From positions 985 through 64,984 of the forward strand of contig JAEEJA010000037.1 in the NCBI GenBank assembly GCA_016281605.1: DNA of 64,000 nt. The letters run 5' to 3'. This DNA is from Lachnospiraceae bacterium. GTDB lineage: Bacteria; Bacillota; Clostridia; Lachnospirales; Lachnospiraceae. The position numbers and the translations under genes are program-made. Numbering within the stretch: the stretch's first letter is position 1; every line of letters starts with the position of its first letter. The notes beneath the pieces were generated by a model. It saw only the letters and a program-made list of their open reading frames with translations, was not told the DNA's origin and did not search any database. Positions 16,262 to 25,051 of this stretch are shown here, in pieces.

Positions 16262-17620
16262 ATGAGTCTTATTGATCGTCTTGGAATATACAGGTTTATA
16301 CAGATGATTTCAGTTGCAAGCTTTGAACTTGTACTTCTGATAATCATAACATTTATGCTCATTCACCTTATAAGGGATAAAAAGAATCCAAATATTAATT
16401 CCATAGTACCGCCTTTTACAAAGGAAATAATTATCTTCTTTATCCTGGTTTTCCTTTATAATTATTCAGACATATTTTTAAATATTTTCTTAGGAGTAAA
16501 TACTAAGATTGCGGGCGTATTGGTTCGTGTCTATGTGGCGCTGTATGATTTTATAGGAGCAATGTTTACTATATTTTTCCTGGAAATAATAAAGAATCAA
16601 ATAATAATTCCGGAAAAAAAGCATATTCTAAAAAAAGTAACAATAGGTATGCAATTTTCGCAGCTGGTACTTATAATCCTTTTAATAATAACCCAGTTTA
16701 ACGGTTTCTTTTATACATTTGATAAAAACAATAATTATATAAGAGAAAAAGGCTTTGGAGTATGGTATTACATTACGCTGATATGCTTTATTTATATAGG
16801 AATTATAGTTTTATGTAATTGGAATAAGATAGATATATTTTTTAGAAAAGTTATGGGTTTTGGTTTCGTATTTCCGATACTGGCATTTTTAATCTACTAT
16901 CAGACAGATGCTGTGGATCTTAACAATATATCGGTTATCATAGTTGCGCTTATTGCATTTTTGCTTTACGAAGATAATAAAACCAAATATATAATTGAAA
17001 AAACTAAGGAAATAGAGAAAGCCAAAAATCAATTGATGCTATATCAGATTAAACCTCATTTTCTATACAATACATTAACTAGTATGATATATTATACAGA
17101 TAAGGATTCGCAAAAAACAAAAGAAATGCTTCTGAATTTTTCTAAATATCTGCGTAAAAATCTTTATCTGGAAAACTATAAGGAAGTTATACCATTTTCA
17201 GATGAACTTGAGTATACAAATCTTTATTTGTCTCTTGAAAAAGTGCGATTTGAGGATGATCTTACAATTGAATACGATATAAAAACCGATGACTTTTATG
17301 TCCCTGTTTTATCCGTGCAGACCATGGTTGAAAACGCAATTAAACATGGTATAAGAAAGAATGAAAACGGAATAGGAATACTTAAGATAATAACTGAAAA
17401 ATCAGAACAAAACTATATAGTTAAAATTGTAGATAACGGTGTGGGATTTGACACCAAAAAGATAGATACTTTGGATTCTACTCACATAGGAATTAGAAAT
17501 GTTTCGGAAAGAATTAAGAAAGAGTGCAACGGTAAACTGATAATAAATTCAGCTCCAAATAAAGGAACGGAAGTTAAGATAATAATTCCGTCAAATTACA
17601 ATGAAGTAGATAATAATTGA
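16262..17620 (+). CDS. Sensor histidine kinase, LytS/YehU type, with a polytopic membrane N-terminus
   Basis: 452 aa with about 6 TM segments. It has the phosphoacceptor motif YQIKPHFLYNTL and the GHKL ATPase motifs ENAIKHG, DNGVGF, GIGIRN. Confidence 0.85.
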   Translation: MSLIDRLGIYRFIQMISVASFELVLLIIITFMLIHLIRDKKNPNINSIVPPFTKEIIIFFILVFLYNYSDIFLNIFLGVNTKIAGVLVRVYVALYDFIGAMFTIFFLEIIKNQIIIPEKKHILKKVTIGMQFSQLVLIILLIITQFNGFFYTFDKNNNYIREKGFGVWYYITLICFIYIGIIVLCNWNKIDIFFRKVMGFGFVFPILAFLIYYQTDAVDLNNISVIIVALIAFLLYEDNKTKYIIEKTKEIEKAKNQLMLYQIKPHFLYNTLTSMIYYTDKDSQKTKEMLLNFSKYLRKNLYLENYKEVIPFSDELEYTNLYLSLEKVRFEDDLTIEYDIKTDDFYVPVLSVQTMVENAIKHGIRKNENGIGILKIITEKSEQNYIVKIVDNGVGFDTKKIDTLDSTHIGIRNVSERIKKECNGKLIINSAPNKGTEVKIIIPSNYNEVDNN

Positions 17621-17776
17621 TGTTTTTTAGCAAATGGATTTTTATATGTCTTTTAGCTAAAAGTTATATAAAATGCTGATGATAAAATACGTTAGACGAT
17701 ATAACAAAGATAGTAAGGTAATAAAAATTCAATATGCAATATACAAAATGAAAGAAATGATAAGGAAAGGTGGGTA

Positions 17777-18589
17777 ATGAGTATGAAGATTCTGGTTATA
17801 GATGACGAAAAGCCGGCCCTTAACCTCCTTGTGGATACAATCAATCACGTGAGGGGAGGGTATGATGAGATTGTCTCATTTACGCATCCTGAGGAATTTG
17901 ATAATTATGTAAATAACAATTCATTTGACGTAGCATTTGTAGATATAGAATTGGGAAGAATATCGGGTATACAGCTTGCTTTTAAGATAAAAAAGCATTC
18001 TCCTACCTGTAATATTATATTTGTTACAAGCTATTCGCAATATGGTGTGGACGCTTTCAAGGTAAGGCCGAGCGGATATGTATTAAAGCCTTACACGGAA
18101 GAAGAGATTAAAACAGAGCTTGAAAACCTTAGAAATCCGGTGGAAGTAAAGGCTGAGAAGAAATTAAGAGTTATAACCTTTGGAAACTTCGTGGTTTACA
18201 AGGATAAGGATGAGCTTCTTCACTTTACAAGGACTGCTTCAAAGGAGATATTTGCCTATCTTATAGATTGTTGTGGCTATCCTGTAACAACCTCCGAAAT
18301 AGCAGAGGATGTGCTGGAGAAAGACCTGGACAAGCAGATTTCAAAAAATCTTTCAAAGATAATTAAAAGCATGATGGACGATTTAGAAAAAGCCGGCTAT
18401 CCGGATGTAATCATAAAACAGAACAGACAGATACAGATCAATAAAAACAGAGTTTCATGTGATTTTTATGATGCTCTTAATGGCGATGTTTCTGCTCTGA
18501 ATTCGTATCATGGTGAGTACTTGATTGATTACTCATGGGCTGAGCTAAGCGAATCAGCCGCGCGAATCAGAAGTATGATAAATATGTAA
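17777..18589 (+). CDS. Response regulator: REC domain plus C-terminal OmpR/SARP-like winged-helix
   Basis: REC motifs ILVIDDE, DVAFVDIELG, VTSYSQY...KP. The C-terminus (LRVITFGNFVVYKDKDELLHFTRTASKEIFAYLI) resembles SARP/OmpR DNA-binding domains. The ATG at 17783 (MKILVIDD) is the more likely start. Confidence 0.8.
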   Translation: MSMKILVIDDEKPALNLLVDTINHVRGGYDEIVSFTHPEEFDNYVNNNSFDVAFVDIELGRISGIQLAFKIKKHSPTCNIIFVTSYSQYGVDAFKVRPSGYVLKPYTEEEIKTELENLRNPVEVKAEKKLRVITFGNFVVYKDKDELLHFTRTASKEIFAYLIDCCGYPVTTSEIAEDVLEKDLDKQISKNLSKIIKSMMDDLEKAGYPDVIIKQNRQIQINKNRVSCDFYDALNGDVSALNSYHGEYLIDYSWAELSESAARIRSMINM

Positions 18590-18781
18590 TAATTTGACTT
18601 ATATTGTCACCCTTTTGTCACGCTGTAAATGTTATAATTTTCCATAACAAAAATGAAGTTAGTGAAACCTGTTATTTTGAATAATTGGTATTTATCTTGC
18701 ATAAATCATAATATACAGCGATTTAGTCGGATTTTTATTTTTTATGCATAGTTTTACAGTTAAGAATGGAGGTTGCATATT

Positions 18782-21310
18782 ATGATAATAAAAAAGAGAT
18801 TTACTGCTGCTATCATGGCTTTTGTCATGGTATTTGTCGTGACACTGGGTAAGGCAGCACCTGCTAGCGCAACAGATAAAAAGAAAGAAGGTTCTACTCT
18901 CTACATCAGTGAAGTAAAAATAGGTATGGGAGAGACTGAAGATGAGGCTAAGAAGGAGTTAGAGGCAGAAGGATATACAATCTTAAAAGATGAGAAAGGA
19001 AAACTCGCGGACTTAAATGTGGATGCGGGTTCTAATAGTGCCCTTAAGGAAGGAGCAAACGATAAAATAGTATATCTGGGTTACAAGACTACAGATAATG
19101 CTTATGACGCAATCACTGATTTAGCTGTGATGAATATGAAAGGTGGGTACTCCTTAGAGGATTATAATATTCTCATGCAACAGACAATGGACTCTCAGAT
19201 AAAGCCTTTTGTTGAGAACTTTGTAGCAACTCTTGATGAGTACCGTGAGAATTACAAAAAGCCGGAAGCATCATTAAACCACATTCGTGCGGACTATATG
19301 CGTAGATCCATGAATATGATGATAGATGATGATACAGGTAAGCCAATGGGAGATTTGCTTTTAAATAAGACAAAGTATGAACTGGGTGATGAAGCATATA
19401 ATAAGCTTTCAGACGATGAGAAGAAGAATCACTGTGATATATTAACTCTTCTTATGCAGGCAAACGGACAGGCTACTATGGTCCTTAAGAAGCTTGTGAG
19501 TCGCGCTTCCGATACATCGAAAAAAACATGGATTGATCGCTTTAAGAAAACAACTCTCGATGATTTGATTGAGGATATTCAAGACGAAGATGAATCGCTG
19601 TCAACGAAAAAAGATGTTATGGATGCACTGGACAGAAAGTATGGAGATAAAGCTAATCTAATCTTAAATAAATGGGAAGAGTTCCGGAGCCAGATAGTTG
19701 ATTATGAAGAAAAAATGGAGAATCTTCAGGACTCTAATGAAGAAACCAAGGAGGCTCTTGAATCTTCGGAAAAAACAGATCCGGAGGAAATATCAGATGA
19801 AGACCTGGAGGCGAAAACCGATGCTCAGGTTGAAGTGACAAGCCAGGCCTATGACGCAGAGATTGTGGGAGTGTGCGTATATATGGAGACGGTTAAGTAC
19901 GGTGATGACTCCATGTATGAATTTTTCAGTAGAGATTTCGATGAAGTTTCCACAAAGGAAGGCAAGCGTTCCCTCTATCCAATCATAGCTTCACTTAGTG
20001 CCGGTCAGGAGGCAGGACTTGATTTCCTATCTATAGTAGAGTTATTCTCTATGGCTTTGTCTGATGAGACTGCATATAAGAATGCGGAAAGCGAGCTTAA
20101 AAATATAGATCCCGCATCTGTATATGAAGGAGTAAACCGTGAGATTTACGAAAAAGGCGGAGTTGCACTTACATCGAAATCACTTAGAGCAAAGGCTCTT
20201 GGTAACGAGCAGAGTGCTGAATACAAGATGGGAACACTTCCGATTGTATTCTGGGGTGTGACTGCAGGGTTTGCAGCTGCATCAATTACTTCATCCATAG
20301 TTTTTGCAGCGTCAAAGAAGTTTGTGAAAACTGTTTCATATGTAGAAAAATTTCTTGAACCTACAGTGATTTCTTATGAAGGTGTTGCAAGAGTAGATAT
20401 GATGAAAAGTTTATTTGATGATTTAGCGAATGATGTTAATACTATGGATTCTTTTAGAGCATATCTGAATAATTCCGGCTTTAGTTCGGCCCAGAAAGAG
20501 ATTGCAAAGGAAACCGTAGAAAAGCTGGAAGGTCGTATTCAAGAAACTCTTGGTCAGATTGCGGAGCTTGAAAATAACGGAACTATAACACATACTGAAT
20601 CGGTGATGAAGAAGGTTGTAACCAAAACGCAGGTTTACAATCAAGTGGCAAAGTATCTCGCTGTTGGAATGGCTGTGGTCACATTAATCATGACCATAGT
20701 ATCCACAACACTAACATTACTCGATGCAAAGAAGTTCTATGATATAGATTTTGATCCCATTCCCAAATACATGGTTGATGAGGCGGATATCACCACATCC
20801 AATGAAAAAGGTGATAAGGAGATGATAAAGAACGAGACGGCTTACTACAGGGTAGTAGAGTGTAATCGAACCGAGGGAGACAGCGATGTTACCAAGAAAA
20901 ACTTTAAGGCCATGGGTACAAGAAATGATTTAAATGGTGACATCGGAAAGGAGTGGCTTTCACTGTATGCAGTTAAGTATTTAGGTGGTGCACCTATTCT
21001 TGCTGACTCACTCCTTTACAGGAAAGATAGTGATACGGTTCCAAACGGCTACAGCACCGGTATTCATGATTTCGGTAACATGGCAGCTTGCAACCTAAAT
21101 AATGCTAAATTCCTTTTCCCTGATAAAACTCCTTCCATTAAGGTATTTTACAAAATCGATACTAAGACAATAAAAGAGCTTACAGCTACGGGTTCACTCT
21201 TCGGAGTAGGTTATACAATTTTAAGCGGTGGCGTAGGACTTTTAGCAGGAATTCTTATCGGAGCCTTATTTATGGGACGCAGAAAGAAAGAGAATATCGC
21301 AAAATCATAA
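18782..21310 (+). CDS. Large membrane protein of unknown function: signal peptide plus 3 TM segments
   Basis: The ORF track starts at TTG 18773, but the ATG at 18782 follows a GGAGG RBS. Signal peptide FTAAIMAFVMVFVVTLGKAAPASA. TM segments lie near aa 490, 630 and 815. There is an acidic coiled-coil segment. I recognise no family. Confidence 0.6.
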   Translation: MIIKKRFTAAIMAFVMVFVVTLGKAAPASATDKKKEGSTLYISEVKIGMGETEDEAKKELEAEGYTILKDEKGKLADLNVDAGSNSALKEGANDKIVYLGYKTTDNAYDAITDLAVMNMKGGYSLEDYNILMQQTMDSQIKPFVENFVATLDEYRENYKKPEASLNHIRADYMRRSMNMMIDDDTGKPMGDLLLNKTKYELGDEAYNKLSDDEKKNHCDILTLLMQANGQATMVLKKLVSRASDTSKKTWIDRFKKTTLDDLIEDIQDEDESLSTKKDVMDALDRKYGDKANLILNKWEEFRSQIVDYEEKMENLQDSNEETKEALESSEKTDPEEISDEDLEAKTDAQVEVTSQAYDAEIVGVCVYMETVKYGDDSMYEFFSRDFDEVSTKEGKRSLYPIIASLSAGQEAGLDFLSIVELFSMALSDETAYKNAESELKNIDPASVYEGVNREIYEKGGVALTSKSLRAKALGNEQSAEYKMGTLPIVFWGVTAGFAAASITSSIVFAASKKFVKTVSYVEKFLEPTVISYEGVARVDMMKSLFDDLANDVNTMDSFRAYLNNSGFSSAQKEIAKETVEKLEGRIQETLGQIAELENNGTITHTESVMKKVVTKTQVYNQVAKYLAVGMAVVTLIMTIVSTTLTLLDAKKFYDIDFDPIPKYMVDEADITTSNEKGDKEMIKNETAYYRVVECNRTEGDSDVTKKNFKAMGTRNDLNGDIGKEWLSLYAVKYLGGAPILADSLLYRKDSDTVPNGYSTGIHDFGNMAACNLNNAKFLFPDKTPSIKVFYKIDTKTIKELTATGSLFGVGYTILSGGVGLLAGILIGALFMGRRKKENIAKS

Positions 21311-21379
21311 ATAATATCAAAAGAATCAAAAGAAACAAAAAAGTATCAAAAAGAAGTATCAAAAGAATATAAAAAAAGC

Positions 21380-21408
21380 TTGCATATTATCTCTGATTGT
21401 GATAATAT
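21380..21408 (+). promoter_or_regulatory. Sigma-A-type promoter of the tRNA operon with an A-tract UP-like region
   Basis: -35 TTGCAT (21380-21385), 17-nt spacer, extended -10 TGaTAATAT (TAATAT at 21403-21408). It is preceded by repeated atcaaaaga A-tracts (21315-21378). Confidence 0.6.
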
Positions 21409-21449
21409 AATTGTCGTTGCTGAAGCAACAGATATATATTCTTTTGAAT

Positions 21450-21523
21450 GGACCTTTAGCTCAGTTGGTTAGAGCAATCGGCTCATAACCGATCGGTCCT
21501 GGGTTCGAGTCCCAGAGGGTCCA
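21450..21523 (+). tRNA. tRNA with CAU anticodon: elongator Met, or more likely lysidine-type Ile2
   Basis: Cloverleaf read by eye. Acceptor GGACCTT/AGGGTCC, anticodon loop CTCATAA, T-arm GGGTTCGAGTCCC. There is no initiator-type GGG/CCC anticodon stem. The C4:G69 and C5:G68 pairs resemble Ile2(CAU). No encoded CCA. Confidence 0.9.
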
Positions 21524-21535
21524 TTTTTTTTATTT

Positions 21536-21609
21536 GGCCCAGTGGCTCAGTTGGTTAGAGCGCCGCCCTGTCACGGCGGAGGTCACGGGTTCGAGTCCCG
21601 TTTGGGTCG
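21536..21609 (+). tRNA. tRNA-Asp (GUC)
   Basis: Anticodon loop CTGTCAC, T-arm GGGTTCGAGTCCC, discriminator G. No encoded CCA. Confidence 0.95.
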
Positions 21610-21611
21610 TA

Positions 21612-21825
21612 AAAGATAATTTCGCAAGCGAAATTATCTTTAGAAGAATTGCAAGGCAATTCTTCTAAAATCAAATAATTACGAAGTAATGCAGGAATTT
21701 GGATTTGCTGAAGAAATCCGAAGGATTTCTTCTAAAATTAAATTTACTTCGTAAATTTATCTTTTGCTAGAGAATTGCGAAGCAATTCTTTTAAAGATAA
21801 AATTTATGAAATAAATTTTATCTTT
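21612..21825 (+). repeat. Array of seven back-to-back AT-rich hairpins filling the tRNA-Asp/tRNA-Val spacer
   Basis: Stems at 21612-21641 (13 bp), 21641-21667 (11-12 bp), 21678-21690 (5 bp), 21710-21732 (10 bp), 21739-21759 (9 bp), 21769-21791 (10 bp) and 21793-21825 (15 bp). All have small loops of the form C(A/G)AAG, GAA or its complement TTC. Confidence 0.85.
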
Positions 21826-21826
21826 T

Positions 21827-21899
21827 GGGATCTTAGCTCAGCTGGGAGAGCATCTGCCTTACAAGCAGAGGGTCATAGGTTCGAGCCCTATAGGTCCCA
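21827..21899 (+). tRNA. tRNA-Val (UAC)
   Basis: Acceptor GGGATCT/AGGTCCC, anticodon loop CTTACAA, T-arm AGGTTCGAGCCCT. No encoded CCA. Confidence 0.95.
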
Positions 21900-21903
21900 C
21901 GAT

Positions 21904-21989
21904 GCCGCAGTGGCGGAATTGGCAGACGCCCGGGACTTAAAATCCCGTGGGTAGTGATACCCGTGCCGGTTCGACCCCGGCCTGCGGCA
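21904..21989 (+). tRNA. tRNA-Leu (UAA), class II with long variable arm
   Basis: Acceptor GCCGCAG/CTGCGGC, anticodon loop CTTAAAA, variable arm GTGGGTAGTGATACCCGT. 86 nt. No encoded CCA. Confidence 0.95.
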
Positions 21990-22002
21990 GTACATGTTAT
22001 TT

Positions 22003-22030
22003 ATCCTCATCGAACTGATGGGGATTTTTT
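22003..22030 (+). terminator. Rho-independent terminator of the tRNA operon
   Basis: atcctcatc-gaact-gatggggat forms a 9-bp stem and is followed by TTTTTT. Confidence 0.75.
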
Positions 22031-22098
22031 CATATTACAGAGTTGTCCACATTTTCTTGTTTGATTTGATGTAAAAATTCAAAAAACGGAGATAAAAA

Positions 22099-22929
22099 AT
22101 GCTAAAATTTCTTGAAAATATTAATTACACCAGGATTGGCGGATACCTTATAACCGCTGGTATTACGCTTATTGTAGCCTGGATTTTGAGAAAAATAGTT
22201 TCAAAAGCTTTCAAAAAAATTAATGAAAAGCAAAAAAGTATTTATTTTACATTTTTGGAAAAATTTGTAAAAACATTGATTATTATAGGAGCGATTCTGG
22301 TTCTTTTTTCAGCCCTTGAGGGTACTCAATCCATATGGAAGAGTTTGCTGGGTGGAACCGCTGTCATAAGTGCTGTCATTGCATTTGCCGCACAGGATGT
22401 ACTAAAGGATGTTTTAGCAGGATTTATGATAAGCTTTTACAAGCCTTTCGAGATTGGCGACAGGATAGAGCTTGAGAATGGAATAACCGGAGTGGTAGAG
22501 GATATTACCATGAGACACGTGGTTATAATTACCATAGATTCTATAAGAGCGGTTGTTCCGAACCGAAAAATCAACGAAACTAATATCATTAATTATAAGT
22601 TTAACAGCAATTTGAAAAGCGTTCATTTTAAGTTTAATATTGATTACAAAGCAGACATCGAGAAGGCGAAGAAAGTTGTTTGTGATGTTGTGAAATCAAG
22701 TAAATATGCAGTTCCCGGTAAGATTGACAAGAAGGGCGAGATGGTTTATGCGCCGGTATATTTTCTAAATATTGATACTAGTTCTTTGGTGATTGGGACT
22801 ACGGTTTACTTTGATTCATGTCCTACTGAGGTAATAAAGGATGAGATTAATACTAGCGTTATGATGGCATTTAAAGAGAATAACATCGAGATTCCTTATG
22901 ATTATATTAATGTTATTAATACAAAATAA
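22099..22929 (+). CDS. Mechanosensitive ion channel, MscS family
   Basis: 276 aa with three N-terminal TM helices. MscS core AFAAQDVLKDVLAGFMISFYKPFEIGDRIEL..GVVEDITMRHVVI. Confidence 0.85.
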   Translation: MLKFLENINYTRIGGYLITAGITLIVAWILRKIVSKAFKKINEKQKSIYFTFLEKFVKTLIIIGAILVLFSALEGTQSIWKSLLGGTAVISAVIAFAAQDVLKDVLAGFMISFYKPFEIGDRIELENGITGVVEDITMRHVVIITIDSIRAVVPNRKINETNIINYKFNSNLKSVHFKFNIDYKADIEKAKKVVCDVVKSSKYAVPGKIDKKGEMVYAPVYFLNIDTSSLVIGTTVYFDSCPTEVIKDEINTSVMMAFKENNIEIPYDYINVINTK

Positions 22930-23130
22930 TAGACATACGCGTATTATTGGTGTATAATTGCATTAAATATTTCGAATGCTAATATTTATCACGTAAAAAG
23001 ATTTGCTCAGTCAGATAATTATTCATAGATTTACAATCTATAATCTTGAACTGATTAACTTTATAAAAGATGGTACAAGGTGTTAGAATTTATAAATAAA
23101 TATTAGCTATGGTATAAGGAGGTTATGCAC

Positions 23131-23736
23131 ATGGATAAGGTTATAACCATCGGTCGCCAGTATGGTAGCGGCGGTCGTGATATAGGAAAAGCGATAGCTA
23201 TGGAGTTTGGTATTCCGTTTTATGATAATGAACTGATTTCACAGGCCGCAAAGGATAGTGGTTTTTCAGAGGAAAGTTTTGTGCGAGCAGAAAACAAAGC
23301 TACTAACAGCTTATTGTATTCGCTTGCTATGGGGATAAATATATATGGAAATCAGGATTTCGGACTGAACAATATGTCATTGGATGATAGGATTTTCTTT
23401 GCTCAGTCCAATATCATACGAAAAGTTGCCAAGGAAGGGCCATGTGTTATAGTTGGTAAATGTGCCGACTATGTTTTGAAGGATAGTTGCGAAACATTTA
23501 ATTTATTTATAAAGGCAGATATGGATTTCCGGCTCAAGCGAGCTATAGAGGTCTATGGTGATTCACCTGATACTGCAGCCGAAAATATTATCAAAACCGA
23601 TAAAGCCAGGGCTAATTATTATAAGTATCATGTAGGGGAGAGGTGGAACGACCTGGGAAATTATGATCTGGTTATAAGAAGTGATATAGCAGACTTCGAT
23701 ACGATAGTAAAGGGAATAGTTACGATTTTAGAATGA
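23131..23736 (+). CDS. Cytidylate kinase-like family protein (AAA/P-loop-like)
   Basis: ITIGRQYGSGGRDIGKAIAMEFGIPFYDNELI is typical of the CMK-like family. The ATG at 23131 has better AGGAGG spacing than the one at 23125. Confidence 0.7.
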   Translation: MDKVITIGRQYGSGGRDIGKAIAMEFGIPFYDNELISQAAKDSGFSEESFVRAENKATNSLLYSLAMGINIYGNQDFGLNNMSLDDRIFFAQSNIIRKVAKEGPCVIVGKCADYVLKDSCETFNLFIKADMDFRLKRAIEVYGDSPDTAAENIIKTDKARANYYKYHVGERWNDLGNYDLVIRSDIADFDTIVKGIVTILE

Positions 23737-23754
23737 TAAGGGAGGAATTGAAAA

Positions 23755-24627
23755 ATGAGTGTTGTTGAGAACAAGGTTTCGGAACTTTTAAAGAATTCAA
23801 AGAATATTTTTGTTTTTTGCGGTAATACCATTACCAGAGATATAGGGCTTCATGGTGTTCTTTCGGAGCATATAGCCTATGAAGTTGAGGATTATTATGG
23901 CTACTCAAGTGAGGAACTTATGACCGAAAACTTTTTAACAAGAAGAGTTAAGCTTTTCTTTGATTATTATCAAAATATAATGCTTGGAACCAAAGATCCG
24001 GGCATCCCTCCGATTCCTAGGTATATAAAGGATATGCAGGAAAGAGTAAATATCGGTTCTGTCATTACAAACACGGTTTATAGTCTTTATGAGAAAGCCG
24101 GATGTAAAAATGTTATATCCATTAACGGAACAGTCGAGAAGAATACATGTACAAGCTGTGGTAAAGTATTTGATGCAGAGTATGTACGTGCACACAGACT
24201 TATCCCACACTGTGATAAGTGTCAGGTAACACTTCGGCCTGGATTTACACTTATAGGCGAAACCATAGATAACGGTCTTATGTCAAAAGCTTTAAATGAA
24301 GTTGAAAAGTCAGACGTTGTTCTTGTTATAGGATCTAGCTTGAGAGATAAAGTGTTTAAGAGTCTTATAAAGTATTATACAGGAGATAGTATAATCGTAA
24401 TCAATAAAGAAGAACTCTTCGGTGATGAAATAGCTAACTACAGACTTTATGGTGATATTAATGAAATAGTTGGAAGACTTAGAGATGATATAGTAAAGAC
24501 TGTTCCTGTAAGGGATAAGGAAGAAGCAGATACAGAAGATACTAAAGAGCGTTCAGATGCAGAAACTGATACAGAAAAGACTACAGAAGAGACTGCAGAA
24601 GAGACTGCAGATAAAAAAGATAATTAG
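23755..24627 (+). CDS. Sir2-family homologue with degenerate catalytic motifs and an acidic C-terminal tail
   Basis: 290 aa. It is collinear with sirtuins and retains the zinc module CTSCG...CDKC and VIGSSL. GAGxS is replaced by GNTIT, QNxD by NTVY, and the catalytic-His motif (ELHG) by SING. Confidence 0.7.
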   Translation: MSVVENKVSELLKNSKNIFVFCGNTITRDIGLHGVLSEHIAYEVEDYYGYSSEELMTENFLTRRVKLFFDYYQNIMLGTKDPGIPPIPRYIKDMQERVNIGSVITNTVYSLYEKAGCKNVISINGTVEKNTCTSCGKVFDAEYVRAHRLIPHCDKCQVTLRPGFTLIGETIDNGLMSKALNEVEKSDVVLVIGSSLRDKVFKSLIKYYTGDSIIVINKEELFGDEIANYRLYGDINEIVGRLRDDIVKTVPVRDKEEADTEDTKERSDAETDTEKTTEETAEETADKKDN

Positions 24628-24700
24628 TATTAGGAAGTTAGTATAGATAAAGAGGAAGGTAACAAAATACAAAACTCAAATAAAGGATAAAAGGTTAAAA

Positions 24701-24737
24701 AATCAGGTTTGGATTTGTGTCCGAATCTGATTTTTTA
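24701..24737 (+). terminator. Rho-independent terminator after the Sir2-like gene
   Basis: aatcaggtttgga-tttgtg-tccgaatctgatt forms a 13-bp stem with two G:U pairs, followed by a T-run. Confidence 0.7.
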
Positions 24738-24743
24738 TTGTGT

Positions 24744-24941
24744 GGGGGAGTGAACCCTCCTAAATCTTAGATTTTCTCAAAAGGGATGGTTCTGAAGCTA
24801 TGATTTCCGCCTCACAGCCAGAACTTTTGACTAAAACCGTAAAAAATACTGGTCCGGACAGCTTGCACTGAGTCTCACAGCCAGAACTTTTGACTAAAAC
24901 CGTGAAAAGTTCTGGTCCGTGCAATACGGACCGCCTCTTCC
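24744..24941. repeat. Intergenic repeat element, copy 2, related to 1-170
   Basis: Contains ctcacagccagaacttttgactaaaaccgt at 24811-24840 and 24874-24903 (63-bp period). Hairpins agaacttttg...caaaagttct and ggtccgt-gcaat-acggacc. The 5' block matches the reverse complement of 1-30. The 80-aa minus-strand ORF here shares S(E/K)PSLLRK with ORF 35-241, which reflects the repeat rather than coding. Confidence 0.65.
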
Positions 24942-25051
24942 ATATGTTTGACAACAAGTACCATAACATGCTAAAATTTATATAATATTTCACATAAAAC
25001 AAAACCAGAAAACAAAACTAAAAAAGAAGAATATAAGAAGTGAGGACAATT

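Noticed and set aside
23125-24627. Kinase-like plus Sir2 pair as an anti-phage defence system (Thoeris/DSR-like)
   Set aside because: The Sir2 homologue lacks the NAD-binding and catalytic residues needed for NADase activity. There is no TIR/SLOG/Argonaute partner, and the neighbours are housekeeping genes.
24811-24903. Possible mini-CRISPR: a 30-nt repeat twice with a 33-nt spacer
   Set aside because: There are only two repeats. The sequences after each repeat share similarity (ctggtccg), unlike unique spacers. No cas genes are in the window. The repeat belongs to a larger dispersed element that is also present at 1-170.
1-24941. The two inverted repeat-element copies as ends of a 24.7-kb composite mobile element
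   Set aside because: The interior is housekeeping (folate operon, tRNA operon, MscS). No transposase, integrase or target-site duplication is visible. The copies are only about 80% identical and are modularly rearranged.
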